The notes under the pieces: generated by a model | Told to the model about the DNA's origin: nothing | The model's database searches: none | Seen by the model: only the letters and a program-made list of their open reading frames with translations | Part shown: positions 9,680 through 18,259 of the stretch, piece by piece | Position numbering within the stretch: position 1 is the first letter of the stretch | Layout: every line of letters starts with the position of its first letter | Made by a program: the position numbers and the translations under genes | Source: Candidatus Latescibacterota bacterium | GTDB lineage: Bacteria > Latescibacterota > UBA2968 > UBA8231 | Assembly: GCA_965205655.1 (NCBI GenBank) | Contig: CBDBIJ010000101.1 | Location: 1-18,429, forward strand | Direction of reading: 5' to 3' | DNA: 18,429 nucleotides

Positions 9680-11108
9680 CGCTTTGTCCCGATCTTAGTT
9701 GAAACAGCACAGGCTCCAATCGTTACGTTTTGATACGAGAAGCCCGTTGGAAGAAGTCTCGCATCGGTAACGATGGGGAGCCTGCAATGAGCAAGCTAGT
9801 AGCACGGAAGAAGGGCGTCAAACGAACGGTGAGCATCGGCAAGGTAGCACCCGAGACTGCAGAGCAAGTAGAGGACCTGGATGGCCGGATCGAGGCGATC
9901 CAATGGCTGATTCCCTTGGGGCTGCAGGCGGTCGCGGAGGAGCTGCAAAGAGCGGTCGTTGAGTTGGCTGGGCCGCGGTATCAGCGCAAGGGGTCGGATC
10001 AGCCGTTACGCCGCTGGGGGTCTCAGCTCGGGTCGGTGTACCTGGCCGACCAGAAACTACCCGTCGATGTGCCGCGGGTGCGCAACGTGGCCAACCATAC
10101 CGAGGTCCCGCTGGATGTTTACCAGGCACTGCAGACGCCTCGACAGATGGACGAAGGTCTGCTGTTGCGGATGCTGAAGGGCATCGCCACGCGCAACTAC
10201 GAGGCCTGCGCTGAGGCCGTACCCGAGGCCTTTGGTCTGTCATCCTCATCGGTGTCCTGTCGTTACGTGAAAGGCACGGCTCGAAAGCTGGCTGAATTCC
10301 AGGAGCGATCCCTGGAAGGATATGATCTGGTGGCGCTATTCCTCGACGGCAAGAGCTTCGCGGACGAGGAGATCATCATCGCCCTGGGCGTCACCCTCGA
10401 CGGACAGAAGATTCCTCTTGGCTTCGTGCAGGCGGCCACGGAAAACGAGCGCGTCTGCCGTCGCTTCCTGTCCGATCTGGTCGAACGCGGTATGCAGTAC
10501 GAAGCCGGACTGTTGGTCGTCATCGACGGCGCCAAGGGGCTTTACAAGGCGGTGATGTCGGTGCTCAAAGGACATGCCTGCGTGCAGCGCTGCCAGTATC
10601 ACAAGCGCCAGAACGTCGTGTCGTATCTGTCCAAAAGCGAGCAGTCCGGTATGGGTCGCAAGATGGAGGCGGCCTACGGCAAACCGAGATACGAGGCGGC
10701 CAAGGCGGCACTGGACGCGCTCAAACCGGGCTTGAAGTTGATGAATCAGTCCGCCCTACACAGCCTCGAGGAAGGCATGGAAGAGACCCTCACACTCCAT
10801 CGGTTGGGACTGACGCCGATGCTCAAGGATTCCTTCCGCACCACCAACTGCATCGAGAACGTCAACAGTCTCCTGGAGCAGCTCACACACAACGTGCGAC
10901 GCTGGACCAACTCATCACAGCGTCACCGTTGGGTAGCCACGGCACTGCTCGACATCGAACCACGTCTGCGCAGGGTCAAGGGCTATCGCCATCTGCCGAT
11001 GCTCCGGCAAGCCATACAAGCCGAACTCGGCATCAAACAGCTCGCGATGATGGGCTGACACACTCACCCGAGCCTGTGATTTGTTTCAACTGAAACTGGG
11101 CCTTGACC
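9680..11108 (+). mobile_element. Complete IS256-family insertion sequence (1,429 bp)
   Basis: Imperfect terminal inverted repeats: left cgctttgtcccgatcttagttgaaacagcacaggctc versus reverse complement of right ggtcaaggcccagtttcagttgaaacaaatcacaggctc. Flanked by an exact 8-bp direct repeat and contains one transposase ORF. Confidence 0.93.
9787..11058 (+). CDS. IS256 (Mutator-like) family DDE transposase
   Basis: LFLDGK (D), VVIDGAKGL (D), QRCQYHK (CxxH) and RTTNCIEN (E). ATG 9787 is preceded by GGGGAG; intact frame of 423 aa. Confidence 0.93.
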   Translation: MSKLVARKKGVKRTVSIGKVAPETAEQVEDLDGRIEAIQWLIPLGLQAVAEELQRAVVELAGPRYQRKGSDQPLRRWGSQLGSVYLADQKLPVDVPRVRNVANHTEVPLDVYQALQTPRQMDEGLLLRMLKGIATRNYEACAEAVPEAFGLSSSSVSCRYVKGTARKLAEFQERSLEGYDLVALFLDGKSFADEEIIIALGVTLDGQKIPLGFVQAATENERVCRRFLSDLVERGMQYEAGLLVVIDGAKGLYKAVMSVLKGHACVQRCQYHKRQNVVSYLSKSEQSGMGRKMEAAYGKPRYEAAKAALDALKPGLKLMNQSALHSLEEGMEETLTLHRLGLTPMLKDSFRTTNCIENVNSLLEQLTHNVRRWTNSSQRHRWVATALLDIEPRLRRVKGYRHLPMLRQAIQAELGIKQLAMMG

Positions 11109-11116
11109 GGAAGGCG
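11109..11116. repeat. Target-site duplication, right copy (GGAAGGCG)
   Basis: Identical to 9672-9679 and abuts the right inverted repeat. Confidence 0.92.
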
Positions 11117-14100
11117 TCCGGCGGCAGCACCGTCAGGTCGATGCCATCGATCATGTCTCCTGCGATAGACACGGTGGCGACGTCGCCGAACTGGTTCAGG
11201 TAGAATGCGTCGAAGTCGAGTTGCTGGTCGACTCCGAACTCGACGGCGAGAAAGGCGTAGACGATGTAGTCGCCGTCCGGGATGTTGTGGAGGTGATACG
11301 ATCCGTCCGGTGCGAAGAGGCTGCCGCGAATGAATATGTCCTCGGCGCCCTCTTCGAGGCCCATTTCATCGACGAGAAAGACACCCGATTCTTCGAGGGC
11401 GATCGCCTCGAAGGGAATCTCCGGCGGGATGAGGACCCTGCCCCAAATCTCGCCCGTCGGAAAGTCGGTGCCCGTCGTAATGGGAAACGTAAACAGGCCG
11501 AACACCTCGGAGGCGACGAACACTTCGTATGCCGTATCCGCGGCCAAGGGTGCATCGGGTTGAATGATGAGGATGCGTCCGTCTCGGCTTATGTCGAGAG
11601 CGAACGGAACCGGTGGAAAGAACCCGACGTCGAAATCCGGATCGTCGAGCGGCGCCGGGCCGCTGAAGCCGATCTCGATCACGGTGGCCGGATCGATGAG
11701 GGTGGCGCCCGGGGGCGGAAAGGTCGACACCACGTCGAGCCCGCCACCCCCGAAAACCGGCTCGTCGAACCCGCTCAACACAGAGATCCCCAGGGCGATG
11801 GCAAACTCCTGACCGGCCGTGACGACGACGCGCACGAAGTTGCCGACGAGCAGGTCGAGGGGAATCTCGTCAGCGGAGACGATGGGCGGGAATTCCGCCG
11901 GATCGAGGCCTTCCACCTTGGCGTCGCCAGGTACGAAAAGTAGCGGCCCGCCCAGGACCGCGAGGACGCGTTCACCGAACGACACCCCCGTGGACGGAGC
12001 ACCGGAGTCATCGAGGGGGTGGATATCCTCCAGTGGAGCCACGATCAGGCCCTCTCCCGGAGCGGGTGGACGAAGCGGATCGACGAGTCTTATCTGGGTG
12101 GCTTCGAGAAACTCCGGACCCGGAAAGACGTTCACCGACACGAGCTCACCCAGCAGCACGTCCAGTGGAACCGGCTCCCGGTCGAGGTCGAGAATTTCCG
12201 TGTGTGCATTGACCAACACGTGGGGGCCCTCCAGAAGCATCAGTCTCTCTTCCGGAACGACGTCGATGACGAGACCGTCGAACTCCCCGGCCTCCGAGGG
12301 CCGGCGTATGGGCCCCTCCTGTTCGGGTGGATTGACGATCATGTGAATGATCACATCACCGAAGGGCGTAAACAGACCCGGTACCGGATGCTGGATCAGA
12401 GCCCGCACCAACGACCCTTCTCGGATCGCTTCAAAATCGGTCTGCTGACCGGTCGTGCCGTCAACGACACCTCCATCGACCGCCAGGTACCGAGGAAAGT
12501 CTGCCGTGATGACGACGTCTCCTTCGATGCCGGCGAGAATCGCGTAGAACGCGTCGGGAGCAACTTCGATAAACTCCTCTGCTCCCACCTCGATGATGCG
12601 GCGTGCCACCGGTATGCCAGTGGCCGAAAAGGCCTGTTCCACGATGATCTCGGTACCGGGGGCAAGGGTTGCCAGCGGCGTCTCGCTGCCGAAGGCGTTC
12701 AAAACCTGTGTTCCACTTACCAGCGTGAAGGGGGGACCGGCAAAGCGGATCTCTCTGCTCTCGTGGTTGACCGAGAACACCTCGAAGTCCCCTTCCCACG
12801 CATCGTCGAAGGGGAAGTCGAACACCGGGTTCCGTTCGATGAGGGAGACAATGTCGCCGACATCGGTGTGCAGGAGCACGAAATGGATGAACTCCCCCGG
12901 TCGAAGATCTTCGAACTGCAGATCCCCTCCGCTTTCGGCATCGAATACGCTGGCGTCCTGACTCAGCGGCCAGACCCCCTTGGCGGTATAGATTTCACTC
13001 CCCTCCGTTCGCAGGACGTCGGCTATGAGGAAGTGTGGCGGAAAGCCCTCGTCCGGAAATTCGGCGTTGACCCGCACCGACCTGGCCACGATGAGATTCG
13101 GGTCAGTCGTGGGGGCGCCGTCGACGACGACGTAGTCGCGGAAACGGAGCTCGCCCAGGGAGACCCGATTGCCGTCCTGGTCCCTGATATCGGTGTCTGG
13201 GAAGACCCTCACTTTAGGCCCGGCCACGACGAGTTCCCGCGTCTGCAGGAGCGTGCCTCCGACGAACCCGAACTCCGGCCACTCGCCGAAGATTTCCGTC
13301 GGCACGAGCGGTTCGTTGGGGTCGAAACCCGGATCCGGTGGCCCGTCGTCCAGCGGAACTGGATCGATACCGATCTCGACGACGATATCGTTGGGCACCA
13401 GCACGTCGGGAGTTGGATGCAGCAGGGCTGCCCGGACGAACTGTCCCTCCAGCTCCTCCAGGCCGATGGTCCCGGTGAGATTCTCACTTGTCTGCTCGTT
13501 GAAAATGAAGACGTCCGTGGGAATGATTCGCTGGAAAGGGTCGTAGCTGAACAGCAGATCCCCCTGGATCGAGATGAGCTCGACGAAGTAAATGCCGACG
13601 CCGGGTTGATCGAACAGGTGATCGTAGCTTTGCTCGAAATCCTGGATTTCCACGACCGTGGCCGTGTGCGTGTCATCGAGTCGGATTACAAGCGGATCGC
13701 CCGGGTTGAGCGACTCCGCGGATCTGGTATTGCCAGACGCGTCGAAGAACTGGGTTCCCTGGTTGATATTGATCGGATCGTTCTCGAAGACCACTGTCCG
13801 CAGCTCTGGGTCTACATCGAAGACGAGGCCGAAGAATTGCCATAGAGGCTCCGGGTCTCCCGGCGCTGGACCACCCAGCTCCGCTTCGTCGTCCGGGTCC
13901 ACGAAGATCTCGGCGACCACGGAGGCGAATTCGCTGTGGACGATATCGATGGCGACGAAATCACCGGGCCGCACCTCCCCTACCGGCATCTCGGTGCGGT
14001 CTCGAGTGAAGGCGCGCGCATCGAAGGCGACATCGAAGACCTTCCCTTCGGAGAGGATGACCTCCCCTCCGTCGGGCGTCGGCTCGAACCCGCGAAATCC

Positions 14101-14495
14101 AATCCACAACGTCGGGACATCGTCCGGTGGTTCGGCGTCGCTGGCGACGATGCGGGCGAGGGGAACACCGTCTGAGGTCCACAGCGCCTGAATGGTCAGG
14201 TGCTCGCCGATCTCGAGGGCGTCTCGGTTGATGGTATTGCCGACGCCGTCGACGTAGCGCGTGTCCCCATCGACGGGGATCGGATCGACTCGGAGGGAGA
14301 TGAAGCCGCCGAAGTCATCGACCTCGATCTCGTCGACGATGCCCAGCATGCGTTCGAAAGACAGGTCGTCTTGTGCGCCGACGCCGCGCACGAGAAGGAG
14401 AGCGCTGCTCAGAATGGCCAAGGCTCGTGTCATTGTCATTGAACTGTCTGCCGTGTCGGGTGAGCTTGAGATTCGGGAACCGCTGCTGAGAGTTA

Positions 14496-14538
14496 ATAAT
14501 ATAACAGATTGAATCATGCTATGGGTGATAAAAATCAC
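14496..14538 (-). promoter_or_regulatory. CRP/FNR-like palindrome plus extended -10, a candidate class II activated promoter of the giant protein gene
   Basis: GTGAT-AAAA-ATCAC at 14525-14538; minus-strand TG-T-TATATT with the hexamer at 14503-14498; palindrome centre near -41; no good -35 for this -10. Confidence 0.5.
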
Positions 14539-14603
14539 TCACTTACGCATGAACTGCGGAAACGTCGCAAGGTGCGGTAGAAAATGACCAATGCGCCCGG
14601 CTT

Positions 14604-14630
14604 ATTGTAAACTCCGCTGCCGGTTGTCAA
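14604..14630 (-). promoter_or_regulatory. Possible distal sigma70 promoter of the giant protein gene
   Basis: Minus strand TTGACA (14630-14625) and TACAAT (14609-14604), but the spacer is only 15 nt. Confidence 0.3.
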
Positions 14631-14653
14631 CGAAGGTTTTTTTGCTTATCTAT

Positions 14654-14714
14654 ACGTTACCACGTTACCTTATAACAAAACACCTTATAACAAAACGTTA
14701 CCTTGTAACAAAAC
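14654..14714. repeat. Direct-repeat array: three copies of ACCTTRTAACAAAAC overlapping three copies of ACGTTACC
   Basis: 15-mers at 14667-14681, 14682-14696 and 14700-14714; 8-mers at 14654, 14662 and 14695; includes the perfect palindrome GTTAC-CTT-GTAAC at 14697-14709. Confidence 0.9.
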
Positions 14715-14779
14715 AAGCATTTGTGGTCGAGTGTGGTGTCGCGAACGGGGCTCCTCCTCGGCTCGGAAGGCGCTGATCT

Positions 14780-16664
14780 GTGAGACGCACCCCTCTCACA
14801 AAACCTTCAGCTCAAGCTGGAAACCTTGCCCGACCGTCCCGGGGTCTACCTGATGAAGAGCGGGAACGACCGCATCATCTACATCGGCAAGGCCAGGAGC
14901 CTGCGCAGCCGGGTTCGTTCCTACTTTCAGCAGACCCACGACGGCCGCCCTCAACTGACTGCCCTGATCGCCAAGGTCGCCGATATCGAATACATCGTCA
15001 CCGAGAGCGACCGCGAGGCGCTCATTCTCGAAGCTGAACAGATCAAGGCCCACCGCCCCCGATACAATATTTACCTCAAGGACGACAAGAAATACCCGTT
15101 CATTCGCATCACGGACGAGCCCTATCCCCGCATCTTCGCGACGAGGGACGTCGTGAGGGACGGGTCTCGATACCTGGGCCCGTTTCACAACGCCAGGGCC
15201 ATGCGCACGACTCTGGATGTCATGCACAAGATCTTCCCGGTTCGCAGTTGCGACTACCCCCTGCCATCGGATAAAGTGAAGCTGTGCATGGAGTATCAGA
15301 TTCGGCGCTGTGAGGGGCCCTGCGAAGGGCTTGTCAACAAAGACGAGTATCGCCATACCGTCGATCAGGCGGTGCGCTTTCTCAAAGGGAACAATGGCAG
15401 CGTCATTCGGGAGCTGCAGGAGCGGATGGACAAATCCGCATCACATCTGCACTACGAGCAGGCGGCCAGATACCGGGATCAGCTGGCGGCGCTCAGGACC
15501 ATGCAGGCGCGCCAGAAGGTCGTGCTTCAAGATGCCGTCGACCGGGATGTGATCGGCCTGGCGCGCAGTGACGATGAAGCCTGCTGCACGGTGATGGAAA
15601 TACGCGAGGGACGCCTCCTGAGCCAGAAGCACCACTTCCTCAATGGCGTCATCGAACACTCGGACGGCGACATCGTATCGGCTTTTGCACGGCATTTCTA
15701 CCTGAACAGTGATTTCATCCCGCGCCAGATCCACCTCAGCGTGCAGGCGCCCGACGCGGACGAGATCGCCGATTGGCTGTGCTCCAAAACCGACGGCCGG
15801 GTCGAGATCCTGGTCTCGCGACGGGGCATCAAGGCGAAGACGCAGCAGATGGCCGATATCAACGCCTCCCACCACCTCAAGGAACGTCAGCTCAAGCGCG
15901 AGCTGCAGAAGGACCGCGTTCCCCAGTCGGTTTTCGCGCTGCAGCGCGATCTCGGCCTCGCGACGCCACCGCGACGCATCGATGGCATCGACATCTCCAA
16001 CATCCAGGGAACGGACACGGTCGGGTCTGTCGTCTGCATGCTCGACGGCAAGCCGCGACGCAGTGATTATCGCCACTTCAAAGTGAAGGCCGTCGATGGG
16101 CCGGACGACTTCGCCAGCATGCGCGAGGTCGTAAGCCGCCGCTACCGGGGCCTGGTAGAGCGCGGTGAAGCCTATCCCGACCTGCTCATGATCGATGGCG
16201 GCAAAGGCCAGCTTTCCAGCGCCGTGCAGGCACTGTCTAAAGTCGGCGCCGGCGACCTATTCGTCGTGGGTCTGGCAAAGCGGCTCGAGGAGATCTTCAT
16301 GCCCGGGCGGAGCGAGTCTGTGCTGTTGCCAAAGGCCTCTGCCAGCCTGCGGCTTTTGCAGACCCTGCGCGATGAGGCTCATCGCTTCGCAGTCAACTAC
16401 CACCGCAAACTGCGGGGCAAGCGCACCATCGCATCGGCGCTGGATCGCGTGCCCGGCATCGGTCCCAAGCGTCGCACTTTGTTGTTGCAGGAGTTCGGGT
16501 CTGTCCAGCGGCTCAGGGAGGCTGAGGTCGAACAGATCGCCGGCGTCAAGGGGTTCAGCGCCAAACTGGCGAGGGAGCTGAAGACCCACCTGGACCAGGC
16601 CGAGTCGGGGAACGCCGTCGAAGTGAGCGGCACCTCCGGCGAAGGGGGAGTGGCCGTCGCATGA
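14780..16664 (+). CDS. uvrC: Excinuclease ABC subunit C
   Basis: LPDRPGVYLMK...IIYIGKARSLRSRVRSYF (GIY-YIG), four-Cys region, UVR domain, DISN and DGGKGQ (RNase H-like domain), LRDEAHRFA and HhH (VPGIGPKRR). Start uncertain: TTG 14826 in frame, or GTG 14780 (after GGAAGG) with an indel just downstream. Confidence 0.96.
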
Positions 16665-17239
16665 GCGACATCGGGCAACCCCGCGCGCAGTCGCACTTCG
16701 AAACTGTCAACGATTCGATGACAGCGGCGACGGATGTCATCACCAAGTTTGGTACCGTCCGCCTCTGCTGGCACGAAGAGACCCTCATCAATGTCGTCAT
16801 CGGCCCCTACGATCCGGAAGATCGCCGCACGACCGTCAGGCGCTTTCTCCCTCCCCACGTGGAGGGACAGGAGCTCATCGCCAGGTTTCTCAACTATTTC
16901 ATGGGCAGAGAGGTCGAGTTCGATCTGCCCCTTCCCCCGGATGTGGGAACTGATTTCCATCGCGCTGTGTGGACGGCCATCAAGGAGATTCCCTACGGCA
17001 AGATCGAGTCATACGGCGCCATAGCGCTCAGGCTCGGGTTGCCGGTGAGCCGGGCGCGACATGTGGGCAACGCCGCGGGCCAGAATCCCATGCCGGTCAT
17101 CTATCCTTGTCACCGGCTGATTGCCACCACCGGCGCCCTCACTGGATACTCTGCCGGCATCCAATGGAAGAAGTCCCTGTTGGAGCTGGAAGGTGTGGAA
17201 ATCGAGAATGGCAAGGTTCGCCTCGTCAAACCCGAGTAA
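16661..17239 (+). CDS. ogt: Methylated-DNA--protein-cysteine S-methyltransferase
   Basis: GTDFHRAVWTAIKEIPYG...SYG...ARHVGNAAGQNPMPVIYPCHRLI...LTGYSAG...KKSLLELEG; PCHR active site; ATGA overlap with the uvrC stop. Confidence 0.93.
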   Translation: MSDIGQPRAQSHFETVNDSMTAATDVITKFGTVRLCWHEETLINVVIGPYDPEDRRTTVRRFLPPHVEGQELIARFLNYFMGREVEFDLPLPPDVGTDFHRAVWTAIKEIPYGKIESYGAIALRLGLPVSRARHVGNAAGQNPMPVIYPCHRLIATTGALTGYSAGIQWKKSLLELEGVEIENGKVRLVKPE

Positions 17240-18254
17240 CAGCTCTTCTGAACCTCCGCTCCCGACGGCTCTCGAGGCACCCTGCGAACAGTTCCTGACA
17301 GATGTCGTCGAAGACGGAGGACTGTCTCGGAGCACGGCCACGGCCTATCGAGCGGACCTCCAGCGCTATCTGAACCATCTGATCGACTGCGACGTCAGCC
17401 TTCTCGACCGGGTGTCCCACACCCATGTCGAGGGGCTCGTCCATCTTTTGAGGGAGGGTGGCTTTAGTCCCTCGACAATCGCCCGCAACATCTCTTCGAT
17501 TCGACGTTTCCACGCCTTCCTGTTGAGCCGGGGTCTGTGTCGTCACGACCCCACGGCGAGACTGGATTCGCTGTCCGTTGACCGCCGACCACCGAAGGTC
17601 CTCAGCGTCGAGGAGATGGAGCGACTGCTCGATGCCGCCGGTGGGGACGAACCCATTCCGACGCGTGATCGCGCCATTCTCGAGCTGCTCTACGCCTCCG
17701 GCCTGCGCGTTTCTGAGCTCACGGGGCTGGAAACACCGAACGTGCTCCTCGAGTCGCGACTCGTGCGTGTGTCCGGACGTGGAGCGAGAGAGAGGCTGGT
17801 CCCTTTCGGTCGCCAGGCGCACACTTGGTTGGAGCGCTACGCTCGCAGCGGCCGCCCCCGGTTTTCCAGGCCTGACTCGGGTGATCTCTTCTTTCTCAAT
17901 TCCCAGGGCGGCGGCCTCTCGCGTATGAGCGTCTGGAAGATCCTCAGAGCTGTCGCGATGAAGGCCGGCCTTCAAAAAACCGTGAGCCCCCATACCCTGC
18001 GCCACACCTTTGCCTCCCATCTCCTGGACGGCGGCCTGGACCTGCGCTCCGTGCAACAGCTCCTCGGGCACTCCGATATATCGACGACACAGATCTACGC
18101 GCGCGCGGCGGATGACGCCGGCGCCGGCGACTACACCGAGGCCGAAGGCACCTCGCTCCAGGAGAGCAGGGTCGGTGAGACCCTGCTCTCCCAAGAGACG
18201 AGGGCCTGCGAGGCCCTCGTCTCCGAGCACCGAACCTTTCACCCGCGGGTCTGA
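17208..18254 (+). CDS. xerD: XerD-like tyrosine recombinase with a C-terminal in-frame insertion
   Basis: GLSRSTATAYRADL, STIARNISSIRRFH, RDRAILELLYASGLRVSEL, LSRMSVWKIL, VSPHTLRHTFASHLLDGGLDLRSVQQLLGHSDISTTQIY and terminal HRTFHPR. ATG 17208 is the most plausible start but is uncertain. Confidence 0.85.
   Translation: MARFASSNPSNSSSEPPLPTALEAPCEQFLTDVVEDGGLSRSTATAYRADLQRYLNHLIDCDVSLLDRVSHTHVEGLVHLLREGGFSPSTIARNISSIRRFHAFLLSRGLCRHDPTARLDSLSVDRRPPKVLSVEEMERLLDAAGGDEPIPTRDRAILELLYASGLRVSELTGLETPNVLLESRLVRVSGRGARERLVPFGRQAHTWLERYARSGRPRFSRPDSGDLFFLNSQGGGLSRMSVWKILRAVAMKAGLQKTVSPHTLRHTFASHLLDGGLDLRSVQQLLGHSDISTTQIYARAADDAGAGDYTEAEGTSLQESRVGETLLSQETRACEALVSEHRTFHPRV
18161..18223. repeat. Two tandem perfect inverted repeats (13-bp stems) with a 33-bp period inside xerD
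   Basis: GGAGAGCAGGGTC-ggtga-GACCCTGCTCTCC (18161-18191) and GAGACGAGGGCCT-gcg-AGGCCCTCGTCTC (18195-18223). Confidence 0.93.
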
Positions 18255-18259
18255 CGCGA

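Larger units (their letters stand above)
6398..14439 (-). pseudogene. Giant secreted modular protein (~2,200 aa reconstructed), interrupted by IS256 and two apparent frameshifts (~9480, ~7505)
   Basis: Start at ATG 14439 or 14433. Signal peptide MTRALAILSSALLLVRGVGA/QDD; about ten DUF5666-like repeats; three pairs of Big_5-like Ig and carboxypeptidase-regulatory-like domains; cohesin-like domains; paired EF-hand/dockerin-like loops (DFNGDMVVDFLD, DVDGDGEVGFPD); C-terminal NYPNPFNPTT...WDGRDDDGRQVGAGMYLYRL...RKLTLIK. Removing the IS restores the frame. Domain names are from motif recognition, not HMM searches. Confidence 0.82.

Noticed and set aside
9730..9786. TTG start for a 442-aa transposase
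   Set aside because: The ATG at 9787 has a clear GGGGAG RBS and gives a length typical of the family.
12019..13845. 608-aa plus-strand ORF and other long antisense ORFs (482-1087, 6746-7645, 17226-18305)
   Set aside because: They lie opposite well-supported genes, show no recognisable motifs, and are expected shadows in GC-rich coding DNA.
14440..14538. 33-aa N-terminal extension of the giant protein
   Set aside because: AT-rich, overlaps the putative promoter, and would precede a normal signal peptide that starts at 14439 or 14433.
14586..14613. Possible dif site (TATTGTAAACT resembles a XerD arm)
   Set aside because: The arm is imperfect and there is no matching XerC arm across a 6-bp spacer.
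14654..14714. CRISPR array
   Set aside because: Repeats are 15 bp with 0-3 nt between them, with no unique spacers and no cas genes.
14591..14776. 61-aa ORF with repeated LITK/LVTK
   Set aside because: It is a by-product of the DNA repeat array, with no RBS and atypical AT-rich codons.
17208..18254. Phage or island integrase marking a mobile element boundary
   Set aside because: The motifs are XerD-like, the neighbours are housekeeping genes, and I see no tRNA, att repeat or phage genes.
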